Shown piece by piece: positions 1-7,876 of a stretch of DNA of 64,000 nt (within the stretch, counting starts at the first letter, position 1; every line of letters begins with the position of its first letter). The translations under genes and the position numbers were made by a program. The DNA comes from Candidatus Bathyarchaeia archaeon (lineage in GTDB: Archaea > Thermoproteota > Bathyarchaeia > Bathyarchaeales > Bathycorpusculaceae), in the NCBI GenBank assembly GCA_050015395.1, contig JBEKBM010000015.1, positions 689 through 64,688 on the forward strand, in the 5' to 3' direction. A model generated the notes under the pieces. That model had not been told where the DNA came from. It did no database searches and was given only the letters and a program-made list of their open reading frames with translations.

Positions 1-425
1 GTTGCGAACTTGTAAGCGTAGTATGAACCTTTCTTTGGTTTGGTACCAGTTACGCCTTGCGTTTCTGGGTCGCCGTAGTACATTTCATCGTGTAAATCTA
101 TTGCTAATGTGAGCAATCTTGAGAAGGCACCGTATCTCTTCATTTCCTGCAGTAGATCTGTGTTGGCTTGAAGAATTCTTTTTGGTTCTTGGTGTTTAAG
201 GTGGTTACGTACGGTCTGGCCACACAGGCTCAATGTATCAGCTGATCCTTCGACGTAACCGTTGTTTAGGGAAGCTAGAAGCGTAACGCGGAAGATGTCT
301 TCTGCGTTTCTGGCTTCTCTAAAATCAAAGAGCGACTGTGCTTGGCTCTTAAAGTACAAATATGCCTTAGCCCTATCCCTCTTGCGAGGGACGGCTCCAA
401 AACCAATAAAACTAGTGTTCTTCAA
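1..425 (-). mobile_element. DDE transposase gene, N-terminal part (ISH3/IS4-like); continues beyond window start
   Basis: Own minus-strand translation from the TTG at 425, the first start after an in-frame TGA, is open to position 1: MKNTSFIGFGAVPRKRDRAKAYLYFKSQ...VRNHLKHQEPKRILQANTDLLQEMKRYGAFSRLLTLAIDLHDEMYYGDPETQGVTGTKPKKGSYYAYKFAT. The block AIDLHxxxYYGD...K.G..YAYKFAT resembles the first-Asp region of ISH3-type IS4-superfamily transposases. It is absent from the ORF track because the window edge cuts it. Confidence 0.55.
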
Positions 426-493
426 AATTATACCTCAAAGAACCTAGGGAGCCGCCCTTCTAAAGTTTTGATCTACTGTTGAGAGGCGAGCCT

Positions 494-1177
494 ATGGTAA
501 ATGATTCCACGACTCAAGTTAAAAGTTTTGCTGAAAGCAAGACCGTAAGAACCGTTTTTACTACACATCGAAAGGCGCCTAAGTCCTCTATTGATATTTG
601 CCGTAAGGGGTCAATCGTTAAGGAACGCTGTAAACAATTAATCGCCATTATCAATGATATGTTTCCTAGCCAAGTCTTATCTGATGAAGATTTAACCTGT
701 TTGATTGAGGATTACATCGGAGCGGATAAAGAAACTTTACGAAGCTACAAAGGATATGGAGGACACGTTCGCACCGGGAGATGTGGCGACAACCACATAG
801 TCGGGATATCACGCAAAGGCTACCTTGAGAAATTCGGGTTTCTGCGTAAGATTGGCGGTCGCCGTTGGGCTGTTTGCCAAGCGGTCATTTTCTCTCAAGC
901 TTGTATGAAAGGTGATAGTGGTTTAGTTGCCAATGAAAAAATCTCTATCTCCGTTAATAGTCATGTTGAGGCACTCATTCCTAAGGGGATGGGGTCGGAG
1001 GGGAAACCGATTCTGGAGGTTCCCCCTAGTAAGGAACTAGAAGAAGAAGCTACCGAGAAAGAGAGAAATTTTACTCCAATGATTTCTCCAATGATTGAAG
1101 ATAACGACCCTAATCTTGCATATCTGAAGCTGTTAGCTGAAGCAAGTAAAAAACAAGAAGAAAAAGGAGAGGCTTAA
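494..1177 (+). CDS. hypothetical protein, first gene of a small-ORF operon
   Basis: ORF track 479..1177 with an ATG at 494. No recognisable motif; acidic and Lys-rich C-terminus. The stop lies 1 nt before the next ATG. Confidence 0.5.
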   Translation: MVNDSTTQVKSFAESKTVRTVFTTHRKAPKSSIDICRKGSIVKERCKQLIAIINDMFPSQVLSDEDLTCLIEDYIGADKETLRSYKGYGGHVRTGRCGDNHIVGISRKGYLEKFGFLRKIGGRRWAVCQAVIFSQACMKGDSGLVANEKISISVNSHVEALIPKGMGSEGKPILEVPPSKELEEEATEKERNFTPMISPMIEDNDPNLAYLKLLAEASKKQEEKGEA

Positions 1178-1178
1178 G

Positions 1179-1409
1179 ATGTCGGTTAAAGCAATTCTCG
1201 AACGATATACCAAACTGAAGGTCGATCTTGCAAGCCTTTCCACTAAATTCAGTGAGCATGTTCTTGACTATAACGGCAAGTTAAGGCGTCCTTGCCCTAG
1301 CTGTGGACGGCCTTTAAGAACCTACAAATCGAAACTCTGCAAAAAATGCAACATGCAGAACGTAGGCAAAAGGCATCTTGAAACACGTAAAAAGAAGGGG
1401 TTTTCTTAA
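1179..1409 (+). CDS. small zinc-ribbon protein
   Basis: 76 aa with two CxxC pairs (CPSCGRP...CKKCN). The stop overlaps the next start (TAATG at 1407-1411). Confidence 0.55.
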   Translation: MSVKAILERYTKLKVDLASLSTKFSEHVLDYNGKLRRPCPSCGRPLRTYKSKLCKKCNMQNVGKRHLETRKKKGFS

Positions 1410-1765
1410 TGGTGTTGAAAGCTCAGACCGTTAAGGTTCAAAAGCAGATGCAAGAGGCGCTTAGTCGTTTAAATGTTAATTTGATTGTACTCTGGAAGCC
1501 TGATAAGACAAAAAGCGTTCATGGTGAAATTAAGGGTAATGTTATTTTTCTTTGTGATTCTGAAGAAAAAGAGGCATGGGATACTTTCACGCATGAGGTC
1601 ACAGAATATAAGTTACAAGCGGTGACACGGCCCTATAGAATCTTAATCAACAACTTAATCGAAGCGGTTGAAAAGTCGATTTATGTAGAAAAAGAGCAGT
1701 ACATTGATTTCCTACCTAAAATGATAGAAATCATTAGAGAAAGCCAACTTAAAAGTGAGGCTTGA
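1409..1765 (+). CDS. hypothetical protein
   Basis: 118-aa ORF, translationally coupled to both neighbours. No motif recognised. Confidence 0.5.
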   Translation: MVLKAQTVKVQKQMQEALSRLNVNLIVLWKPDKTKSVHGEIKGNVIFLCDSEEKEAWDTFTHEVTEYKLQAVTRPYRILINNLIEAVEKSIYVEKEQYIDFLPKMIEIIRESQLKSEA

Positions 1766-2004
1766 GTTTTTTGGTTGACGCTGATCGTGTTAAGCGTAAA
1801 TTGCCAAGTTTGCTATTAGACGGCAGCACTAATACTAAAAAGGGCTGGAAAGCCTTTATGAGATCACGTTATCGCCTTGACCGATTCAAAGGAAAGCATC
1901 CTGAGCGATTCAACACTTTAATAAACAAGGTTATAGCTGATCTTAACGAGTTGGAAAAGCCGTTTCTGACTGATTTTTTCTTGTTTATCCTTATTTATAG
2001 TTAA
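1762..2004 (+). CDS. hypothetical protein
   Basis: 80-aa ORF with a TTG start overlapping the previous stop by 4 nt. Basic N-terminal half. Confidence 0.4.
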   Translation: MSFLVDADRVKRKLPSLLLDGSTNTKKGWKAFMRSRYRLDRFKGKHPERFNTLINKVIADLNELEKPFLTDFFLFILIYS

Positions 2005-2124
2005 TAAGTCACCCTTTAACGTGACACTTATTCGGGTAAATTAGCCTCTCTCTTATTTTTAACCAATTTTTCCCCAAAAATTATTTATTCTCTACTGTAG
2101 ACGATAAAACTAAGAGAAAGCTGT

Positions 2125-3333
2125 CTACTGTATAGGTAAACTTTGTTCTTTGGGTGCTTCGACTGGTTCCTTAGCAACTGGCATTTTAGCTAGCTTGTTT
2201 CTTTCGCTAAGTAATTTCCAAGCGATAATGGGTGCCCAACCGCTAATAATCATCACAGTTCCTGGAAAACCGCCGATGTCTCTGCCAACGATTGGCTTTA
2301 GCCCATTTATTATGTCCTCTAGGAATGCTTCCCAGATGCCGAAAGCTACGGCCATTCCCACGGCAGCTATGAAGGCAGTCTTTTTACCGAATTTGTTGTA
2401 TGTTTGAACGGTTAATACTCCTGCAAAGAAAAAGTCGCCTAAACCAAGCCCTCTAAGCAGAATGCCACCGCTCTGCGTAATAAGGGGAATGTTTGGCAAC
2501 CAAACCAGCACTGGAAGCCCAAGTGAAGTGAAAGAAGTTGCAGCCGTAACCATTGCTGGTGTCAGTATGACCAGAGTAATGTCCATTGCTGTTAGGAGAG
2601 CTGCGAAGAGCCCAACAGTCTTCCAGCTGAACAGTGAGCTAAGATACAGAATTATTAAAATCGCGAAGGTTAAGCCAAAAACATCCAGAAGATACGGAAA
2701 CCAAACTGCTATGGTGCCTTTGTTGCTAATGAAGTTAAAGAACACAAATAACAGCACAAATATTGCTGGCGGCTGAACAGCCACATACCAGCGCTCTTTA
2801 AGGGATGTCTTTTTCTGTGCATAAACTAAGCTGCCAAAGCAGAAGGCGGCTAGACCAAAAAACGCTATTACCCTATAAATTGTATATGCATCTTGAAGTG
2901 GAGCTAAAAGGCAAGCGAAGCCAGCCACTAAGCTTGCAACGCCGAACCCCACGGAAATTAACTGCGCTCTTGTTTTTGGGAGGTTAGAGAACACGTATGA
3001 AAACGTGAAAAGCAGCACAGTGTACGATGAGAGAAAGAACACAAGAAGGACGTTTTCAAAGACCGCGCCTGGGTTAATTAGTGATGTGTAAGCAATTGCG
3101 GAAATTATGATAGTCATGAAGATGACAAGAAGGATTATGTCTTTTGTCTTGAACTCTTTTTCCTCAACCGTTGCCATCAGTTTTCCTTCAGCACGTTTGT
3201 TTAAAAGCATAGCAACAGTAACCACAATCAACAACGCAGTCGGCATTGCAACGTCAAGATACAGCATAGAGAGCCAAATAATCAAAGATGCATTTATTTC
3301 TTTAGCTAAAAAACAAAAAAAACAATCGGGCAA
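2125..3333 (-). CDS. polytopic membrane protein, possible presenilin/signal-peptide-peptidase-type (GxGD) intramembrane aspartyl protease
   Basis: 402 aa with many hydrophobic helices. It has LGLGDFFFAG (GxGD motif) in a late helix and a membrane-embedded Asp earlier (LTAMDITLV). The family assignment is tentative. Confidence 0.55.
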   Translation of the reverse strand: MPDCFFCFLAKEINASLIIWLSMLYLDVAMPTALLIVVTVAMLLNKRAEGKLMATVEEKEFKTKDIILLVIFMTIIISAIAYTSLINPGAVFENVLLVFFLSSYTVLLFTFSYVFSNLPKTRAQLISVGFGVASLVAGFACLLAPLQDAYTIYRVIAFFGLAAFCFGSLVYAQKKTSLKERWYVAVQPPAIFVLLFVFFNFISNKGTIAVWFPYLLDVFGLTFAILIILYLSSLFSWKTVGLFAALLTAMDITLVILTPAMVTAATSFTSLGLPVLVWLPNIPLITQSGGILLRGLGLGDFFFAGVLTVQTYNKFGKKTAFIAAVGMAVAFGIWEAFLEDIINGLKPIVGRDIGGFPGTVMIISGWAPIIAWKLLSERNKLAKMPVAKEPVEAPKEQSLPIQ

Positions 3334-3355
3334 AATATGAAGAAGAATGAATTAT

Positions 3356-4210
3356 TTAGCTGTGAAATTGTATGTTCAAAATAGCTAATGAAGCCAAAAG
3401 CGCCTCTTCAGTCCTAACTGTCGCAGTACCCTGCTCAGGAATCATGTTTACAACAAAATCAACAATCGCCTCAAGCCTTGCGCCTTCCTCTTTGGCAATC
3501 TCATGCAAACCACGCGACGGAGCACCAAAAGCCACTAAAACATGCTGCGCGTCGCTCAATTTTTGCCCTATCTGACCTGCAACATCCAAGAATTTATCGC
3601 CAATCCTTGCAGTAGCAATAACCAAATCAAACCCGCCATCCCTCGCAAGTTGCCCAAAAGATCGTTTTTCCACACGAACCCTGAAACCCCAATAAAACGG
3701 AACGCTCTCACGATCTACAGTTTGAACTTCAACCCGTTCGCCCACTTTAACAACTTGTACCGTTAAGCGGTCACCGTCAGCGAACTGTTTTTCCCTCAAA
3801 AGTGCCGGCTGATCAACGCCAATGTCCACAAGCAAACCCTCTTTAGCTTGAGACAAAACCACTGCTTCACGGTACTCGCCAACCTTCAAATCCCGAGTTT
3901 TACCGCTCACAGGATGATGAGGCGTACGCAACGGAGGCAAAATCCCAGCAAATTGCAAGCTGGGCTCAAGTTTGAAGAGTCTTTTGCGAAGATACTGGGG
4001 CGTTTCCAAGTAACTTAGCAGCAACACGATAAAATCCAAGTCTCTTACCTGATTGGCTTTAGGGTTGTCTGGGTAAACTATGATTTCATCCACCCTGAAA
4101 ATCGCCGCTGCCCTTCCAATCAAGCCGATTTTTGATGTTTTCTCTCGCAAATGTGGCGTGTCAGAGATTACGGATGCTGGAATGGCGATTGCAAGTTTCT
4201 TTTTATCCAT
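3356..4210 (-). CDS. SPOUT-class RNA methyltransferase, DUF171/MTH1-like
   Basis: The N-terminus LAIAIPASVISDTPHLREKTSKIGLIGRAAAIFRVDEIIVYPD is typical of the archaeal DUF171 SPOUT family. The length (284 aa) and the central OB-like insert fit. Confidence 0.7.
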   Translation of the reverse strand: MDKKKLAIAIPASVISDTPHLREKTSKIGLIGRAAAIFRVDEIIVYPDNPKANQVRDLDFIVLLLSYLETPQYLRKRLFKLEPSLQFAGILPPLRTPHHPVSGKTRDLKVGEYREAVVLSQAKEGLLVDIGVDQPALLREKQFADGDRLTVQVVKVGERVEVQTVDRESVPFYWGFRVRVEKRSFGQLARDGGFDLVIATARIGDKFLDVAGQIGQKLSDAQHVLVAFGAPSRGLHEIAKEEGARLEAIVDFVVNMIPEQGTATVRTEEALLASLAILNIQFHS

Positions 4211-4309
4211 GACGCTTTCTGCTTCCTGCCGCTTGGTTAATGTGTGTCTGCGTTGAGCTTAAAAGTAGGGATGAGATATAAAAGTGCGGGTTATTGGAGG
4301 ATTCAAAAA

Positions 4310-5410
4310 ATGAAGACACCCATTTTAGATGAACCTGAAAAAATTAAAGCTATTGATAAGAGCAACATGATTAATTTTTGTTTGGACTCCGCTAAGCTTT
4401 ACGATAAAGCAGCTAAATTAGCTCAGAAAATCCAAGTAAACTACCCCAAACCAGACAACATTATTGTTAGTGGAATGGGTGGCTCGGGAATCGGCGGCGA
4501 CCTACTGAAGGATTGGGCTCGAAACAAAACAGATGTGCCGATTGAGGTTAACCGTGAATACCAACTTCCTGCATACGCTGGCAAGAGAACCCTAGTGTTA
4601 ATAACCAGCTACTCAGGCGACACAGAAGAATCCCTAGGCGCTTTTCTTGACGCACTAAAGCGGAAATGCATGATTTACTGCGTAAGCAGCGGCGGCGCCC
4701 TGCTGGAGAACGCTGAAAGGCTCAATGTACCGTATCTGCGTGTTCCGGGAGGTATGCCTCCTCGTGCAGCGCTTCCCTACCTGTTCGTTCCCCTGCTATT
4801 GTGCATGGAGAAAATGGGGTTGGTTTCAGGCGCCTCCGAAGAACTCTCTGAAGCCTTGACACTTCTTGAAAAAATCAGCAAGGATAACTCACCTGAGAAG
4901 CCAGCTAAAGAAAACTTTTCCAAAACCTTAGCTTTAGGCATCGGGCAGACCGCTCCTGTCGTTTATGGTTTTGGTTTTTACCGCAGTGTAGCTGAGCGGT
5001 TTAAGACGCAGTTCAATGAGAACAGTAAGATTCCTGCGAAATGGGAGGTTTTCTCAGAGCTTAACCATAACGAGATTGTGGGTTGGGAGAGGGCTGGTGA
5101 ACTCGGCAAATGCTTCTCTGCAATCTTCATCAGAGACAAAGAGGAGCCAACTGAAATTCGCAGCAGAATTGAAATCACAAAAGAGCTGGTGGGCAAAGCT
5201 GGCTTGGGAATGTTTGAAGTACCAGCTCAAGGCAAAAGCCCATTGGCAAAGATGCTATCGACCATTTGCATCGGCGACTTCACAAGCATCTACTTGGCAC
5301 TTCTGCACGGCGTAGACCCGACACCTGTAAAAACAATAAACTATCTAAAAGACACATTGAAAGAAAACGGCGTTAAAGAAAAAATAATAAGCGAATTGGC
5401 AAAGCTTTAG
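4310..5410 (+). CDS. bifunctional phosphoglucose/phosphomannose isomerase (SIS domain)
   Basis: SGMGGSGIGGDLL and ITSYSGDTEE SIS motifs. Length fits archaeal PGI/PMI. ATG at 4310 preceded by GGAGG; the track's GTG at 4244 is probably too far upstream. Confidence 0.8.
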   Translation: MKTPILDEPEKIKAIDKSNMINFCLDSAKLYDKAAKLAQKIQVNYPKPDNIIVSGMGGSGIGGDLLKDWARNKTDVPIEVNREYQLPAYAGKRTLVLITSYSGDTEESLGAFLDALKRKCMIYCVSSGGALLENAERLNVPYLRVPGGMPPRAALPYLFVPLLLCMEKMGLVSGASEELSEALTLLEKISKDNSPEKPAKENFSKTLALGIGQTAPVVYGFGFYRSVAERFKTQFNENSKIPAKWEVFSELNHNEIVGWERAGELGKCFSAIFIRDKEEPTEIRSRIEITKELVGKAGLGMFEVPAQGKSPLAKMLSTICIGDFTSIYLALLHGVDPTPVKTINYLKDTLKENGVKEKIISELAKL

Positions 5411-5425
5411 CTAACTTGAACGTTT

Positions 5426-6478
5426 TTAAGCTATGAACTTGGCAAATTCTTCTGCTGCAACCTCAAGCGATACCATTCGGGGTGGACGTTTAAATGCGTA
5501 AGCGCAAACTGGCTCAACGGCGCCATTAAGCTTCTTGTTCAACGCCAATTTCATTGCACGCACTATATCGAAGAGTACTGAGCCAGCGTTTGGCGCGTCA
5601 ACAGTTTGGAATTTGAGGTCAATCTTCATAGGTGCATTGCAGAAGTAGACGCCGCTTATCCAGAAGTAACTGTCACGCTTGTTCTGCAGGAAATCCACGT
5701 AATCCGTGGAGCCAGCCACAATCTCAGCCTTGTAAGGTATTGAAGCAGCCACTGACTCAGTTTTAATTTGGCGTTTAGCATCACGAGTGCGATCCAAAGT
5801 GTCAACAGATTCGGTTCCTCCACCAACATCAAGCTGATAAGTCTCATCTATCCTTACCCCATTATCTGAAAGCAACTTAAGCAACGTTTTGTGCAAAGCA
5901 GTTGAGCCCACCTGATCTACCAAGTCGTCGCCGACGAGCGGAAGCTTTGCATCAGCGAACCGTTTAGCCCACGCAGCATCGCTGGCAATGAAGTTCGGCG
6001 TTGCATTGACGAAAGCGCATCCTGCCGCTAGGGCTTGTTCAGCATACCATTGTGAAGCTTTTGAGGCTCCGCTTGGAAGTAAATTAACCATTACTTCAGC
6101 GCCCGCATCCTTAAGAACCTTAGCAACGTTCGAGTCGGGCGCACTGCTGACTTGAATAATAGCTTTAGTTGATTTTCCTACACCATCAAGCAATGGTCCC
6201 TTGTTAACTTTAACGCCTGTTGAAGGCACATCAGAGACCTGCGGCGCATTATTTGGATTAGCAAAAATGGCTTCTGAGAGGTCTTTTCCAACCTTGCGTT
6301 CAGCCACATCAAAAGCTGCGACCACCTCTATGTCTTTTGGGCTTAAACCTGCCAAAACTGGATTACGCAGTCCAATGCGATCTTCCGCTTTCTCAAGTTT
6401 CCCATAGTATTGTATGCCTTGGATGAAGGCTGAGGCGCAGTTTCCAACGCCGATTAATGCAACTTTTACTTTGGGCAT
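5426..6478 (-). CDS. ino1: myo-inositol-1-phosphate synthase (archaeal short form)
   Basis: N-terminal Rossmann motif KVALIGVGNCASAFIQGIQYY, and a size of about 350 aa, are characteristic of archaeal IPS. Confidence 0.85.
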   Translation of the reverse strand: MPKVKVALIGVGNCASAFIQGIQYYGKLEKAEDRIGLRNPVLAGLSPKDIEVVAAFDVAERKVGKDLSEAIFANPNNAPQVSDVPSTGVKVNKGPLLDGVGKSTKAIIQVSSAPDSNVAKVLKDAGAEVMVNLLPSGASKASQWYAEQALAAGCAFVNATPNFIASDAAWAKRFADAKLPLVGDDLVDQVGSTALHKTLLKLLSDNGVRIDETYQLDVGGGTESVDTLDRTRDAKRQIKTESVAASIPYKAEIVAGSTDYVDFLQNKRDSYFWISGVYFCNAPMKIDLKFQTVDAPNAGSVLFDIVRAMKLALNKKLNGAVEPVCAYAFKRPPRMVSLEVAAEEFAKFIA

Positions 6479-7053
6479 TCCATTTGCACCTTGCTTGGCT
6501 TTTCTATTTGCGTTTGCCTTATAAAAAGCTACGCCGCATTTTCTTGGGGTAGATTAGCTCTTATGCGATATTTGTCATAGATTTTTTAAATCAAACTTGT
6601 TTATTCGGTATTGACCTTTGATCAACCGGTTCTTTAAGCATCAACTTAGTTAAAAAAAAGTAAGCACAGAATTATTGCCGCTATACCGAGTTTTTAATCG
6701 TGCCCTGATGCCGTTCTGTTGTTAAATTGTTTGCCAAGATATTTCTTTTGTTTTGCTTCTGGAAGTTCGCTTCGTTGTCTTGCGTAGGTACTATTTTTTG
6801 TTTAGGAAAAATTTAATGGTGAAAAATGAGTTTTTAATATTTAGTGTTGGAGGGCTGGTTTTGTGTGTTGGCTACTCTCATTGCCATCCGTCATCGAGGA
6901 GAAAGGAGAAGGCTTCGAAAACGGAAAAACTCTTTTGGCTTGAGTGGTTTAGCCTTCAACCTTAACTAACCCTCCAATCACTAACAAGACTTGAGATACT
7001 GGTAAAATACTTAAAAGATTTGTGAATTAAAAATAAGGATTAAAAATATTAGC

Positions 7054-7608
7054 TTACCCTATCGCTAAAACGCCTTCCAAAATATTTGTTTCAGGAACAT
7101 CCAGTTGCTTAGACAACGACGCTTTCAGAATAGAAGAAAACTTTGGAAGTGCACCATTATAAGTGATAATTTGGTTACCCTTAAGCGCATCAGCTTGGAA
7201 AACCTTCTCATCTTCCTTATAGCTAAAAGACAACGTTTGAGCTCGGAAAGCTAAAGTTTGAAAATCTTCCCACTGCTTACAACGCAAAATCACGGAAGGC
7301 CCACCCTGAACCACCGGAACAGGTGAAGCTTGACTTGTTTGCTCCTTGACTGCTGCGGGAAGTGCTTCTTTTGGTGCGCTGCCTGACACGTAAGTGATCA
7401 AGTTTGTTACTTCTTTCTGCAGACTGTTTATTTTTTCTTCAACTTTTTCTACTTTACCGCTTAATTCGCCTGTATCTCCAAGTTGCTCGGTAACCGTTGC
7501 CAACTCATTAATCAATTTGTCCAGATCTCTCTCATGCTCTTTGAGAACGTTCACTATGAAATCTAAAGCCTCTAATGAATCATCCTTTGACTGTGGATTC
7601 TTTGTCAA
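7054..7608 (-). CDS. hypothetical coiled-coil protein
   Basis: 184-aa ORF. The N-terminal half has heptad-like, acidic sequence (LKEHERDLDKLINELATVTEQL...). No enzymatic motif. Confidence 0.6.
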   Translation of the reverse strand: MTKNPQSKDDSLEALDFIVNVLKEHERDLDKLINELATVTEQLGDTGELSGKVEKVEEKINSLQKEVTNLITYVSGSAPKEALPAAVKEQTSQASPVPVVQGGPSVILRCKQWEDFQTLAFRAQTLSFSYKEDEKVFQADALKGNQIITYNGALPKFSSILKASLSKQLDVPETNILEGVLAIG

Positions 7609-7730
7609 TCTATATATCCCCCATTACCTGCCAACTCATTATGAGGAAACTGTAAATAAAGATAGCGAATCCTCAAGTAATATCACAGTGAAGGCATACC
7701 TATAATTATTAAGAATCATTCTTTCTAATA

Positions 7731-7770
7731 TATGATGATTTACGATACTATATGACGGTTTACGATACTA
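7731..7770. repeat. 2 x 20-bp direct repeat (tatgaYgRtttacgatacta)
   Basis: tatgatgatttacgatacta at 7731-7750 and tatgacggtttacgatacta at 7751-7770, with two mismatches. Intergenic, about 120-160 bp upstream of the start of 7054..7608. Confidence 0.8.
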
Positions 7771-7876
7771 GCTAATTTGCCTTTCCTACACCTGCCACTA
7801 TAAATAAAGTAGCCTACTGCCACCAACTCCATGGTTATTCCGAGAACAATTCCATTTACAATTAAAAGTGGAAAGC

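Noticed and set aside
262-447. 61-aa plus-strand ORF in the track
   Set aside because: It lies entirely antisense to the much longer open transposase frame (1-425, minus strand), which carries a recognisable DDE-transposase block. I treat it as a shadow ORF.
2150-3340. Several 60-104-aa ORFs antisense to the 402-aa membrane protein. Similar antisense ORFs lie inside ino1, the 726-aa gene, both amt genes, asnS, trpS, the NTase genes and the GT4 genes.
   Set aside because: Each is nested in the opposite strand of a longer ORF with clear family motifs. They have low-complexity or Ser/Pro/Ala-rich translations typical of shadow frames.
6753-6965. 70-aa ORF in the AT-rich spacer between ino1 and the 184-aa gene
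   Set aside because: Its composition is odd (Phe/Leu/Val-rich). It has no start context and sits in what is probably the promoter and terminator region. It is likely spurious.
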